Positions 1 through 10,810 of a stretch of 36,602 nt of DNA are shown here, piece after piece (the first letter of the stretch is position 1; the number at the start of each line of letters is the position of its first letter). Position numbers and translations under genes: made by a program. Origin of the DNA: Mesotaenium endlicherianum (Eukaryota); the NCBI GenBank assembly GCA_009602735.1, contig WELA01001939.1, positions 1-36,602 on the forward strand, read 5' to 3'. The notes beneath the pieces are model-generated. The model was not told where the DNA came from. It saw nothing but the letters and a program-made list of their open reading frames with translations, and ran no database searches.

Positions 1-124
1 TGTGCGTGTGCGTGTGCGCGAGCGTGCAGCTTCAAGCCAGCAGCGGCAGAGAAGGAGAGGACAAGAAAGCGGGGAAGTGGAAGGGGGAGGGAGAAGGCGG
101 GGGAGAGGGCAAGGGAAAACCTAC

Positions 125-756
125 CAGCTGCTCCTGGCAATTCTACAGCAAGGCCAGCCCCACGCGAAACACTGTCTTCATCCCCTGACCCCCCCCCAAA
201 ACCTCCCCCCAACCATGACAACTATCAGCAACCAGCGGCCATAGCGCCAACGATTACACCATGACATAAACAAGGGCAGGCGTAGGCAATACACATACAG
301 GACTATTTCTTTGTCCCTCCCTTAATTTGCACACACTGTGCACATGAGCGCGGGAGACACACAGAGCAAGCGTGCGCGCCGCAGATGGGGCATAGGCCTG
401 AGGCAGAAGGAGCGGAGAAGCGGGAAGGGAGCTAGAGGGTGGGGTGGGCGGGCGAGAAAGGTGAGGAGGGTGACACGAGGTCAGATAGCTTGGAGGAAGG
501 TGAGGGAGACGAAGATATTTAGGAGTATAGGGAGGGCAAGGAGGGCAGGGAGGAGGGCGAGGAGCAGGGGGCAGGCAACAGCGCATCTTCAAGAAGACGT
601 CCCAAACGCGCGGCGCGGTGGGGAAGGGGAAGGAGTAGGAGAAGACGGTGATGGACCACTGGCTGGCGTGATGCCCTCGCGATCAAAGTGCGCGCCCAAC
701 CGCGGCAGCGCCTCGTGTACCACCTGGTCGAAGTGGAACAGGTACTGCTGCACGAG
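125..756 (-). pseudogene. TBC-domain Rab GTPase-activating protein (plant EVI5-like) pseudogene fragment, two exons (756-587 and 184-125)
   Basis: The minus strand reads LVQQYLFHFDQVVHEALPRLGAHFDREGIT, then after a frameshift ASQWSITVFSYSFPFPTAPRVWDVFLK. A 60-nt AG/GT-bounded exon then gives GMKTVFRVGLALL*NCQEQL. This matches the TBC C-terminal consensus recalled from plant EVI5-like GAPs (…PSMYASQWFITVFSYSFPF…RIWDVFL.EG.K.VF.VGLALL). Lesions: frameshift near 660-670, in-frame TAG at 145-143, and no GT donor after 587. Confidence 0.85.
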
Positions 757-1553
757 CGAGAGAGCGAGAGAGTAGTAGAGAAGGAGAGTTGCAGCGAGAT
801 ATAGTGCGAGGGAGTGTGAGAACCATACACAGAGGGAGAGAGAAAAACAGCAGGGAAAAGATGGCACAGAGAGGGGAAGAGAGAGGGAGAGGAGGGACAA
901 GGAATGAGGCGTGTAAAAACATGAGGGAAAGAAAAGCATGCTTGCAGAGCGAAAGAGGAAGAGAGCAGGCCAGAGAGTGGACAGACAAAGAGAGGGAGAG
1001 CAAGGAAGAGAGAGTGACGACAGTGCACAACAGGCCAACCGAGAAGCACGGAGACAGCGATGCAAAGAGCAAAATAGCGAGTGAGTATAGGTGATATAGA
1101 GGGAGAGGCAGCATAAGAGCGCGATAGGCGGAGAGAACAAAAAAAATATAAGAGGGGAAGAGCAAGAATGAAAATCACAAGAAGAGCTGCGAAGATAAAG
1201 CAAGAGTGGGAGAGGCATACAGAAAGAGTGAAAGATAGAGAGAGCTAGGGATTGAAGGAAGGCGTAGAGAGCGAGAGAGGGAGAGGGAGAGTAAGAGAGC
1301 AGCGTGAGATAGAGAACAAGACAGAAGAACAGAGGGAAAGGAGAGGGAGAGAGGGATACAAACAGAGCGAGGAACGTGGTGCAATTTTGACACTCCAGAG
1401 CTTGACAGTCAGGCGCAAAAGGCAGAGCTGGTGAATTGTGTTGGGGGAACAAGCAAAAGTAGCAAAGAAGGTGCGGGTGGTGCCATACCAGGCACGCCTG
1501 CAGAAGCCCAGCACCACGTGTTTGCGCAGGGACTCCGCTAACACCTTGCTCAC

Positions 1554-1802
1554 CTTGCCCAGCACCTGCTCTCGTTTTCCCCCCTGCCACCATGTATCAG
1601 CAGTCTGCAATGCAGCAACTTCACGCCCCAATTGCACAATCAAACAAAGTGGGCACTCCAAAGATGTACTGCTACGGGGAGGTGTCGATGCTGGTGGCAA
1701 GCCTCTCCGGCAGGTGCTTGCAACGGGACAGCTTCAACGCGAATACGCCAGGTGGGCCTCGCCCAACTTCTTTGTGTGCGTCTCCGCCCCCCCCAGCTCC
1801 TC
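1554..1802 (-). pseudogene. Unidentified exon-like fragment with one internal stop
   Basis: A 249-nt (83-codon) segment bounded by ttgcgcAG| and |GTgagc, sitting between pyrimidine-rich intron-like DNA. It reads EELGGAETHTKKLGEAHLAYSR*SCPVA…GREVAALQTADTWWQGGKREQVLGK, with a single TGA at 1736-1734. No family recognised. Confidence 0.3.
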
Positions 1803-2886
1803 CTGCGCAAGCGTAAGCATACGCCGCCCGCCTCCCAGCAAAAAGAGTCCATGATGAAGGTTGCATGTGCAATTGAGCGCGCGCGCAAGCAAGAAGAGGG
1901 AAAGAAATGAGCAGAGACAGAGACTAGGAAGAGAGAGTGATGGCTCAAGCCGTGACAACGAGCAGAGATGCCCAAACGAGAAGGCCACAGAAGGGGAAAG
2001 GTGACAGAGAGGCCACAGAAGGGGAAAGGGAGCCCACAGAGAAGAGCCCTTTCTGCAGGTCCTTCCAGAGGAGGGAGGGGCCGGGACGGAGACATGAGGA
2101 ACAGGAGAGCAGAGCACCCCCCAGCAGCAGCACCGGCAGCCGCAGGGGCACCAGGCAGAGATTACGACACGCCTAAGACTCAACTCGCCACACAAGTCAG
2201 CATTTTAAAGGCAGACGTACCATGCACCCTACACACTCCCTGTCCCCTTCCAATAACTATTGCAATTTCAATAGCAGGTATTGAAAATGGGTGGGATGGA
2301 AGGAGAGAGGGACGCACCTTCTGAAATACGTGGAACACGTCCGCAATGGACAATCCATGACCTTTACTGAGCGATGTGGCCTCCCGTTACTGCTCTACAG
2401 CCCTCCCCCTCGTCCTCCCTCCCCAGACACCCACAAGAGCACAATTTGAGAGGGTGGAGGAGAAGCAAAGACAACGGGTAGGGAGTCGTGGCAACTGCAT
2501 GCATGACACTCTTCCAGCAGAACTTCAGCGCAACAGAACCCGCAGCAAGGCAAGTCAGATAGCAGATCGGGGGGAAAGAGGGAGGGAGAGGAAGGATGCA
2601 GTACTTAAGCATTATTTAAATACATGGCAATGGCGAGAAAGAGACAAAGGAGCAAGAGCAAGGGCACAACTTACAAGGCAAAGATACAGCGCAGTGAGAG
2701 GGGCAAGGCCACACACACACAGCCACAAGGAAAAATGAGACAGAGGATACAGGGAAGGCACCATTGATGGAGCAAGAAACATGAGAGCACAGGGAGGGCA
2801 AGCCACGGGCCAGAACGCAATGACAGGCCAAGGGAGAGGACCAGCGCAAGCGCTACGAAGCGAGGGGGACAAAACAGGCGAGGGGG

Positions 2887-2933
2887 GGGCTAGGGTCAAG
2901 CTGACAGTGGGTACATTCTACAGAAATTTACAC
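2887..2933 (+). repeat. Dispersed direct repeat, copy A (pairs with 4199-4245)
   Basis: gggctagggtcaagctgacagtgggtacattctacagaaatttacac versus gggctagagtcaagccaacagtgggtacattctacaagagtttacac: 41/47 identical, with an exact 19-nt core. Confidence 0.85.
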
Positions 2934-3019
2934 CTGTCGTGAGGAGGTCGAAGAAGCCTGCACCTTAAGGCACCCTGAAGAGGTTGCCCATGCCAGACTA
3001 TACAGGGCCCAACATGCAT

Positions 3020-6000
3020 CTACAGCATACTCAGATCTTTTATGCTTCCACGTGAAGGGGCTCCCGGCTGAAAGTGGTTCACCAAGTACTGGTTATTTGT
3101 ATCATCATCGTGAGTATGTTCCAGATTCCAGTCAACTTGACATTCACCCTCCTGGCAGTGCCTGTTATCTACACGGGTCTCGTGCTTGCACATTCTATGC
3201 ACCCCGCACATATGCGACGCCCGGTCCCACTCTGTCTCAAGATCTCGACTTCCTAGCTTTGACCTGTCCAATATGTAAATAGGGATGGGATACTCCCTCC
3301 AACAATAATGCTCCAATTGAATTACGGAGATGACAACACTCATAGGGACTATCACCTCTGGTCCACCAAAGCTCACCACAGGATGGAGGGTGTCAGGGTC
3401 AAACTTTGGGCTATTCCTCCTGCCGAGCACTCGCTTGAAGGATCTGACCTTTGCCCACATATAAGTAGAGCCGCCTGTGAGTTCGTGGGCAAACAAACCT
3501 GTGAGCGTGCCTATCCACACATCACCACACTTCCGTGCTTCTGAAATACCGTGTACACTACAGGCTACAGATACATGGTCTCCGACATTGAAAGTGCCAT
3601 GGACATCACCCTTCTGTACTTGAGTACACTCGAATGCACAAGGGTGAAAAGCATCCGGTGAGAATGTCTCCCCGCGGCAACCTGTTGTGAAAAAGATGGA
3701 CTCGTACAAGGTTCGTAACCCTCCCTCGGTCACTCCAAGATCGTGCAAATGCTCTTTACTCGCCACCTTCTTACCACCTGTCCACCTGACGAAGAAAAAA
3801 AGGAACAGCCAGGGTGGACATGGTCGGTACTCACGTGTGAGAATTCATGCAGGATATACATAGTATTTTGTACAAGCAGCGATAGCTTATGAGGTAATAA
3901 GTGGACAATAAGAGTTTGTATATTTACTTTATGGCCAGGCAGCTAAATAAGAGGGTGGACGTCAGGTCTACAACAACGGGTTTCAAAGCTAAAACAATAA
4001 AGAAATTGCAAAGAATTGCAGCAGTACACGAAGGGCAGGATTAGGCAGAGAGGGGGCTACAGGATAGGGGAGTAGGCACTGGAGAGGGCGAGCATAAGAA
4101 CATGACAAAATAAGACAAGCATGCAATATGAAAAGCGATTTGAGGCCATGTAGGAGAGGAGGGGTGCAACGAGTGGGGGACATATAAAGAGCGAGAAAGG
4201 GCTAGAGTCAAGCCAACAGTGGGTACATTCTACAAGAGTTTACACGAGCAATAAGGAAGTCAAGGCAAAGAACGGCAATATACAAAGTAATGAAAATGCA
4301 GCAAGCACCATAGATTTGTCCTTATCTTCGTGCAAGAACTAGGGCATTGCAGAAGTATACAGCAGCCGCATGCGGTAGTTCATACACCAACGTGAAATCG
4401 AATGCTTCAATAAGACTAAAAGAAGGAAAGGAGAGAAAGCTTACTTCCTAGGTATGCCACCATACGTTGTGTGCTTCGTCCTGTCCCAATTACAGCTGTA
4501 CAGCTCCTTTGCTTTTCCCTCATCCTTCACCACCCACACAGTGGGATCCACATGGGCTCCTTCCACAGCTGCAATTTTTTTTATGCTCTCACAGCTCCTA
4601 ATCATGTCTACTACTGATTCATCATCCATGCCTAATGAGCGCGCTATCGCATAGCCGGTCCCAGTTAGAACATCTAGTGTGTTAGCTCGACCTAGAGATC
4701 TCCTCAGGAGCCACAGCGTCACAGGCTTGCAGTGCTTATTGTTTAGCGATCGCACATCTTGCTTCACATATTTGTGCCGTCCCTCGAACTCCTGTGCCCA
4801 AAGATGCTTGAGAGGACCAAATATTCGCATAAACGCTCCCAAATGCAGCAGAGCGTGCATGTTGTGGTTAGCAGCATTGAGCTTCCCTCTACGCACCAAT
4901 GCATCTGGTGCTGGCGGCCAAGCTCGCACAAAGGACCGATGAAACTTGACGACAAGCTGCTCTAGCTCTACGATATCATGGTCACTGGTCTCCGATGCAA
5001 GTACAAGTGTCACTATTTTATTGAGCAAAGTCCACAGCTGCAATGCCTCAGCCCTATCAGTGAAAGCCTGCGTATCATACGTGTAATTGACCCTCTGGTG
5101 TCCAACTCTTTTAGATGGATCGCACCACGGGCGTAACAACATCGGCATGACAGATAGCAGACTCAAAAACTGCATCCCTGTGTAACTGTTGTAGTGCTTC
5201 ATTGGAGCCTTAATCTTATCTCTACCAGCAGGAACCTCCATGTTCACAGCTGCATAATTAAATGCTTCTACCTCATGAGGATTCCAACTGCACTTCTCAA
5301 ATGTGTACTCACACAACTTCTTGATCACGCCTAAGCATATAAGGTGAAAGACGTCAGGACCCATTTGAAGAAATCTGTCAAAGTTCGGCAGAGCTTCAAG
5401 CGGACTGGGTATGCCATTGTGACCCCGTCCCTCCCACCCTGCTGCTAACCCTTCCCTGGCCTGGTCACTAAGTCCCACTACTGCCTGATTAAAAGCCCTT
5501 GCACGCTCTTCGGTCCTCATCTCCCACCCTTGTGGTAACTCTGACACAAGCAGGCCCTGCTTCCTTATGCAGCAGCACGGGCATGGGTAATTACTGTTAT
5601 GACCGGTCAAATGCAAGCTCTTCATTCGCTGTGGTGTATCTTGACAAAACAAGGGCTTCACCCTCACTAAGCACTCACCCTTCAGGGGCGAGAAATACAT
5701 ATATATTCCTTTTTGTAGCCTGTCCAAGTCCTCTACAACCAAATGGTGCATGACCTCGTCTTGTAAGGCTCGTTTCTCCCCAAAGCATATGACTCGTATG
5801 CTCTTTGTGTGACGTATCACATCACTATGTATGTTCTGTATACGATAGTAATACCCACACACACTCTTATTACTTTTTTTGTAGACTCCAAAGTCATCGG
5901 CAAAGATTGTGATAGCCAAGTTCACTACAGGCAGGTTTCTAGGATTATGCCCTTCCGGAACTTGCTCACGAGGAGCATCAAAGGCCCCCGCTGATAAAAG

Positions 6001-8045
6001 CACGGGCATTTGACCTCCACTATTTAGTTCCCTATTGCACCAAAAAGTGAGAACTCCTTCGACGTTGTACCCTTTGCCAAGGTGTGGAAGCCTGGTAATT
6101 TTCTCAGTCAAGACATTGCAGAGGTCCACAACAGACTCTGCAGCAACACTCCTGCAGTCTTGTGTGAGAATAAGCTCACCGTGCTGTCTCAGACCTTGAC
6201 CAGCTTTTGGGTACTGTAGCAGTTGCACCTGAAGACACGGTTCAGGCATCTTTCCACGGCTGTCGTGCCATAAGATGCCTCGCAAGATGACAACCTGGTT
6301 TGCAACACCCGTGCCTGCGCAATGAGAGCCCACATATCACACGGCATAACACATACAAACAGCAGCGCAGACAAGAGAGACAGGAGATAAACAAAAAGAT
6401 AGGACATTACAGAGACATGCAACGTAAAAGAGACTCAACGGCCTGCACAGAGCAAAGAAGGGATACATGAAAACAAGTAAAACAGAGGCAGGAATGAAAG
6501 GGAGAATATGAAACAAGGTTAAAGGGCAGGTGAAGATAAGGAAGGCATTTAGCACGTGAGCATGGGGTCGACATAATCACAACATCCATATAAATAAGGA
6601 GCGAGAGACAAGAGATGATCATAAGCCGGTAGAATAAACCAGTCAACAAACGAGACTGAAGAAGAAGGGGCACAAACATTGAATGAATAAAATATCCTTA
6701 CAACGCAGGAAGTGAGATGGCAGAGTTGCATCAGTAGCTCACAGGGAATGAGGAGGAAGTCCCCAAGCTTGACCGAGGTGCGCTCCCCCTTGACCAGTAT
6801 GTCACACTTGTAATCCATGAAGAACGAGTCTTGAGTAACAAATGGAGCATTATAGATCCCAGTCACCTTCCCATCTACTTTTACCTCTGCCTTCCAGTGC
6901 AGGTCCTGACAATATGACTCATTTTCCAGATCCACCATTAAGCTATGTGGAATACCCCGTGAGTACAGCTGAACCTTACTGATAGGGAGGTGAGTCTCAT
7001 CGACACCTACAAGTTCGACAATATTCCGTAACCTAGAGGGCACGTCAGGATTACAATTCTCCCAGTCTTTGTACTTATACAAGCCACTACGAAATTGAGT
7101 AATATGCCTCATCCACTTAGCTGTCTTAGTGCCATCGTCGTGTAGCTCGTCTAGGGCATACTCTAACAAGGTGGTCAGGTTTTCAAATATGCCGAATGAT
7201 GAGGAATCAGCATTTACAAGATAAGACTTTTCATCTACAGTCCGTTGTCTTGCAGAAGGTGCACTGTCCCCATCTCTTGCATCCTCTTCACCACCCTCAC
7301 CATGGGGCAGACCATGTGTATCAGGCTCAACAGCGACATGTGCACCAGGAACTGGACTCAGTTCTACAGCATTTCGTTGCACCTGAGTCTCATCCCTAAG
7401 CTCACCCAGAGGAGAACTTGTTGCTGGTAACGGTGGGCCGCCCACAGGTGGAACGCTAGGAGTCGTGGCGGCATCCCATTCACCACCATCAAGGATGCCT
7501 ACAAAATAATGATCATAACAAGATAAGTGTGAGATCTGTACACGATAATGCTGACAAACTATTGTGACAGCTTGCAACTGCAGAGTAAGTTGACCCAAAT
7601 AAAAATCCGGCAGGTTATGCAGTTTGTATTCTGTGTAGTCCCAGCACAATTCATATAACTGCATGCACAACCCTGTAAGTGAAGAGGCACCATGCATACC
7701 ATGTATTAAGATTTTGTACAGTCACTACTTTCCCAATGAATAAAAATGCATGCAAAACTCTGTAAGGGAAGAGCCAGCGTGCCTACCAGCGGCAATAATG
7801 TCGAGGTCCATTGCGTCAGGTCCACATTCACCAGATGTCTCCGGAATTGGCATGTTTTCAACTGTAGCCAGTAGTTCCCTTCTTACGTCTCCTGCTCGCA
7901 TAGCAGCTATAGTCCTCATATGAGGCTCAGATTCTGAGGAGGTAGCAGAGGGCCTTGCCCAGACAGGGTTGCACTTATGGTTGTACAAGCCTCTGTGAAC
8001 GTACAGCTTTTCACAGTGAACACATTGAAATTTCTGGGGAGCCAT
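3020..8045 (-). CDS. CMC-supergroup (CACTA/EnSpm-like) DDE transposase, 1216 aa, exons 8045-7787, 7498-6743, 6314-4445, 3785-3020
   Basis: Four ORF-track segments join through GT-AG introns with matching phases (1,1,2), giving 3651 nt from ATG to TAG with no internal stop. Core motifs: IFADDFG (first D, ~5893-5898), QDTPQR (second D, 5638-5640), HNSNYPCPCC (C-x2-C), PDVFHLICLG, NMHALLH (H-x3-H) and FGPLKHLWAQEFEGRH (E, 4783-4785). These fit the CMC/Transib-type signature. The N-terminus has FQCVHCEKLYVHRGLYNHKC, a Zn-finger-like motif. Confidence 0.85.
3020..8045 (-). mobile_element. CACTA/EnSpm-like DNA transposon (minimal extent; termini not defined)
   Basis: Encodes the transposase above. 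The segment is visibly less GC-rich than the host genes. No convincing TIR pair with a TSD was found, so the true boundaries are unknown. Confidence 0.7.
4199..4245 (+). repeat. Dispersed direct repeat, copy B (in transposase intron 3)
   Basis: 41/47 identical to 2887-2933, with weaker similarity extending about 150 bp to the left. Confidence 0.85.
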
Positions 8046-9735
8046 GGTAATTCTAAATGATTGAATGGGATCTTAGTCGCTGTTTGTGTGAGCGAATCGA
8101 ATCTGTGTTGCTTACAAAGAGTGAGTAGCAGAGCTAGGAAGCCTGCGAATGAAATATACAGCTGTGAATGAAGGATTAGAGGAATTTGGACAGCTTTATT
8201 ATTGCAGGGTACTTCATGGTGAACCGCATAAGTGATAGATAGGTACAGCACGGACCTGCTCACGATCGTGACGACGCATCGTTCGCAACCTACGATTGAC
8301 GTGCGAAGGTCTTATACAAGTCGTAGAGCCCTTTCAAGATCATCGAGGGCCAGTTGTGAAGATGAAGACGTGTTAAGGCTGTTGTTCCTGCGTCTGAAGT
8401 GGAGGGCAGAGTAAGAACCCAGTTCCAGCGCTCGACTCGACTGATTCTCACTATTAACGAGGCCACGGTGGGCTTTCCGGCGTTTGACAGAACGGAAATG
8501 GGACAATGTGCCCCGCGCGGCGTTTGGCGAGCAGGAAATTACGCGCGTCATCGAAAAACGCCCCTTGCCCATTCTCAGGGTGTGCTAAACAAAGCAGCTA
8601 CAATGGGTGGTTAGACATTGCTGCCCACCAACACTCCATTCAAATGATTAATCAACAACATAGAGGTCTGGTTTTGCACACAAAGGCAAGTAGTAAAATG
8701 CAGGCGTCTATTGTTTGGTTCATGGGCGAAAAAGTGTCTACCTTGGAAATGGCATGAGCAGAGAGGGCTTCTATAGGGTCACGCTTCTTCCTTGTGTTCA
8801 TTTCATTAATGAGCCCAACACGCAAGCTCATCTTATGTTATACTGGGATCACTGGGAGCGGACTTATTTTATTTTTGCATCAGACATCTACGTGAAGGTC
8901 CTTGTTCCTGGGAACCTTCTACCATAAAGATGGCTATCCTGAGCATCGACTTGTAGCCTCCAGGGTCTTGAAACCACTCAAAAAACCATGGTATCAGAAA
9001 CGTCAGTCTAAAAATCAAGTCAAAATAACCAGGTCAACAGAAGCTTCTTGTGTAGTATAGAAATAGAAAACCGAAGGCAAAGGACAGGTCCTGATGCTGC
9101 TACACGACCAACTGAGGTACACGAGAAAGTTAGCAGACAAATGCCGGGTACAGTCCACGACTTTTTATGTATCAAATAAACCAGCTTTTTGATCAAGACA
9201 AACGAACTTTTGAGTTTACTAGCATAAAGTAAGACAGCAGCCATAAGGGCTTAATTGCATGCAAGAGTAAGAAAGAAATGAAGCGACTAGTAAGTTCAAA
9301 CGCCCTCTTAGTGACATTACCTCTGAACCGCTCCTTCTCAATCAGAGGGCGAACGAATCTTCAGAAGGATCATAAGATGGCACTTGAAGAAGCGTATATA
9401 TCTTCGCCATGCGCCACTATACCCTTTCCTGGCAGAATAATAGAGCACATACAAATTCCAAACGTTATTTCCCACTACCATTTCTTGCAAGGACTGTTGT
9501 GAGAACTATAGCTCGCATGGACACGATCAGATGGTGGTATACCATGCATATGGAGCAGCCATATGGAGCAGCCTTCTGTAGGAATCCGTATCAGTCCATA
9601 TATTGAAGGCACGGCACAAAGCTGGCACGAAGGAGCACATTCGTCTGCTTTCATCTGGCTTTCACACATCCATTGATGTTTTCGTCAGTCAAATCTGGTC
9701 AAAGCTGACAACGGGGTCGCAATGCCAAGTGGGTC

Positions 9736-9801
9736 AAAGCTACAGCAAAGCTACAGCAAAGCTACAGCGAAGCGCAGCAAAGCTACACTGAAACAGCTAC
9801 A
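9736..9801 (+). repeat. Tandem array, 11-bp unit AAAGCTACAGC
   Basis: aaagctacagc x3, followed by the degenerate copies gaagcgcagc, aaagctacact and acagctaca. Confidence 0.85.
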
Positions 9802-9845
9802 TTCTGAGCTAGGTTCGGAACAGGTCTGGCCACGCTTTGTAGATG

Positions 9846-9995
9846 CCCCTGGCCCCTGACCACCCTCGGCCCTCGACCACCCTCGGGGCCTCGACTGCCC
9901 TTGATTCAGCCTTGATTGCTCTCGATGGAGCTCAATGGTACTCGATGCCCTCGGGCCTCGACGACCCAGCTTGACCACTCGGGCCTCAACTGCCT
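9846..9995 (+). repeat. Degenerate ~10-bp array (CCTCGACCAC/CCTCGG-like), possibly a TE subterminal region
   Basis: Recurrent cctcga, ccctcgg, cttga and ctcga units at roughly 9-11 bp spacing. Confidence 0.6.
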
Positions 9996-10810
9996 GGGCG
10001 AACGTGGACCTGGATTTACGTGGTGCGCATACGACCTTGACCGACTACTTTCGTACCTACTTTAGGCGGCCAAAATTTACCAGTGCAAGTTGGCAAAGAT
10101 CAGCGAGGAGCAAAAGGCTGCACGATCTGCTCACGACCACGAGTCTGCCGCCTACAGCGCACGAGTAATCTTCCATAGGAGAGTGGGATAATCAAGGACG
10201 CCACAAGCCGCAAAGAACACGACCAGACGTCGCAAGTCAAACATCTACATTTTAATCAATTTCCAGTAGCGAGACTGAGAAATATCATATCGCCGCCAGG
10301 ACATATACATACACAATAACCTTATATTCCCCACTTGCAGCTTCTAATGATCATACGGAAATAGACGAGCATCGCGGCTTCACACGGAACTTGAATATGA
10401 ATGAAGCGCGCCTTCTCGCTATGGACCTCCTACATGTACATCCAGACGCGGGGAAGAGACTAGATTCTGGACATGGGCAGACTGGAGGCATTGGAGCACA
10501 CGGATGTGTTACGACGCCCTGCAATAGATGCTAGATTCTATCACTGCAAATTGCAAATATGGGGTCTCTTCTAAGTGCTTAGTGCAGACCTGGTCTGCAG
10601 CCGTGATTGCGAAAATCGAAAATGCTGATGGACGAACTTTAAACCTCAGGTCCCCTGTCATTTGTAGAGCCGTGGCAATTTGAAATGCGGGTCAAACTCG
10701 CATATTGATAGCTAGAGTGTCGGAAATGCATCCGTTTGCTTCATGGCTTTCCCTGACTGCGTCAAACCACCGCAAGTGAATCAATTCTCATCAATATTTA
10801 TGATAGAGAC

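Noticed and set aside
143..145. In-frame TAG in the TBC exon as evidence of a TAG=Gln genetic code
   Set aside because: The same gene also has a frameshift and a lost donor. The long intact exons of the other genes contain no in-frame TAG/TAA, and TAG and TAA serve as their stops.
519..1593. Long Leu/Ser/Phe-rich minus-strand ORFs
   Set aside because: By-products of pyrimidine-rich intron-like DNA. Only the 756-587 part is TBC-like.
4324..4415. Possible extra transposase exon (LIEAFDFTLVYELPH…)
   Set aside because: It ends in a stop with no good donor, and exons 3 and 4 already join in phase.
8506..8757. CPFSGC…H.H as a C2H2 zinc finger
   Set aside because: His spacing and the conserved aromatic residue do not fit, and there is no supported gene model.
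10340..10800. Short open frames upstream of the low-complexity gene
   Set aside because: No recognisable motif, and stops occur in all frames.
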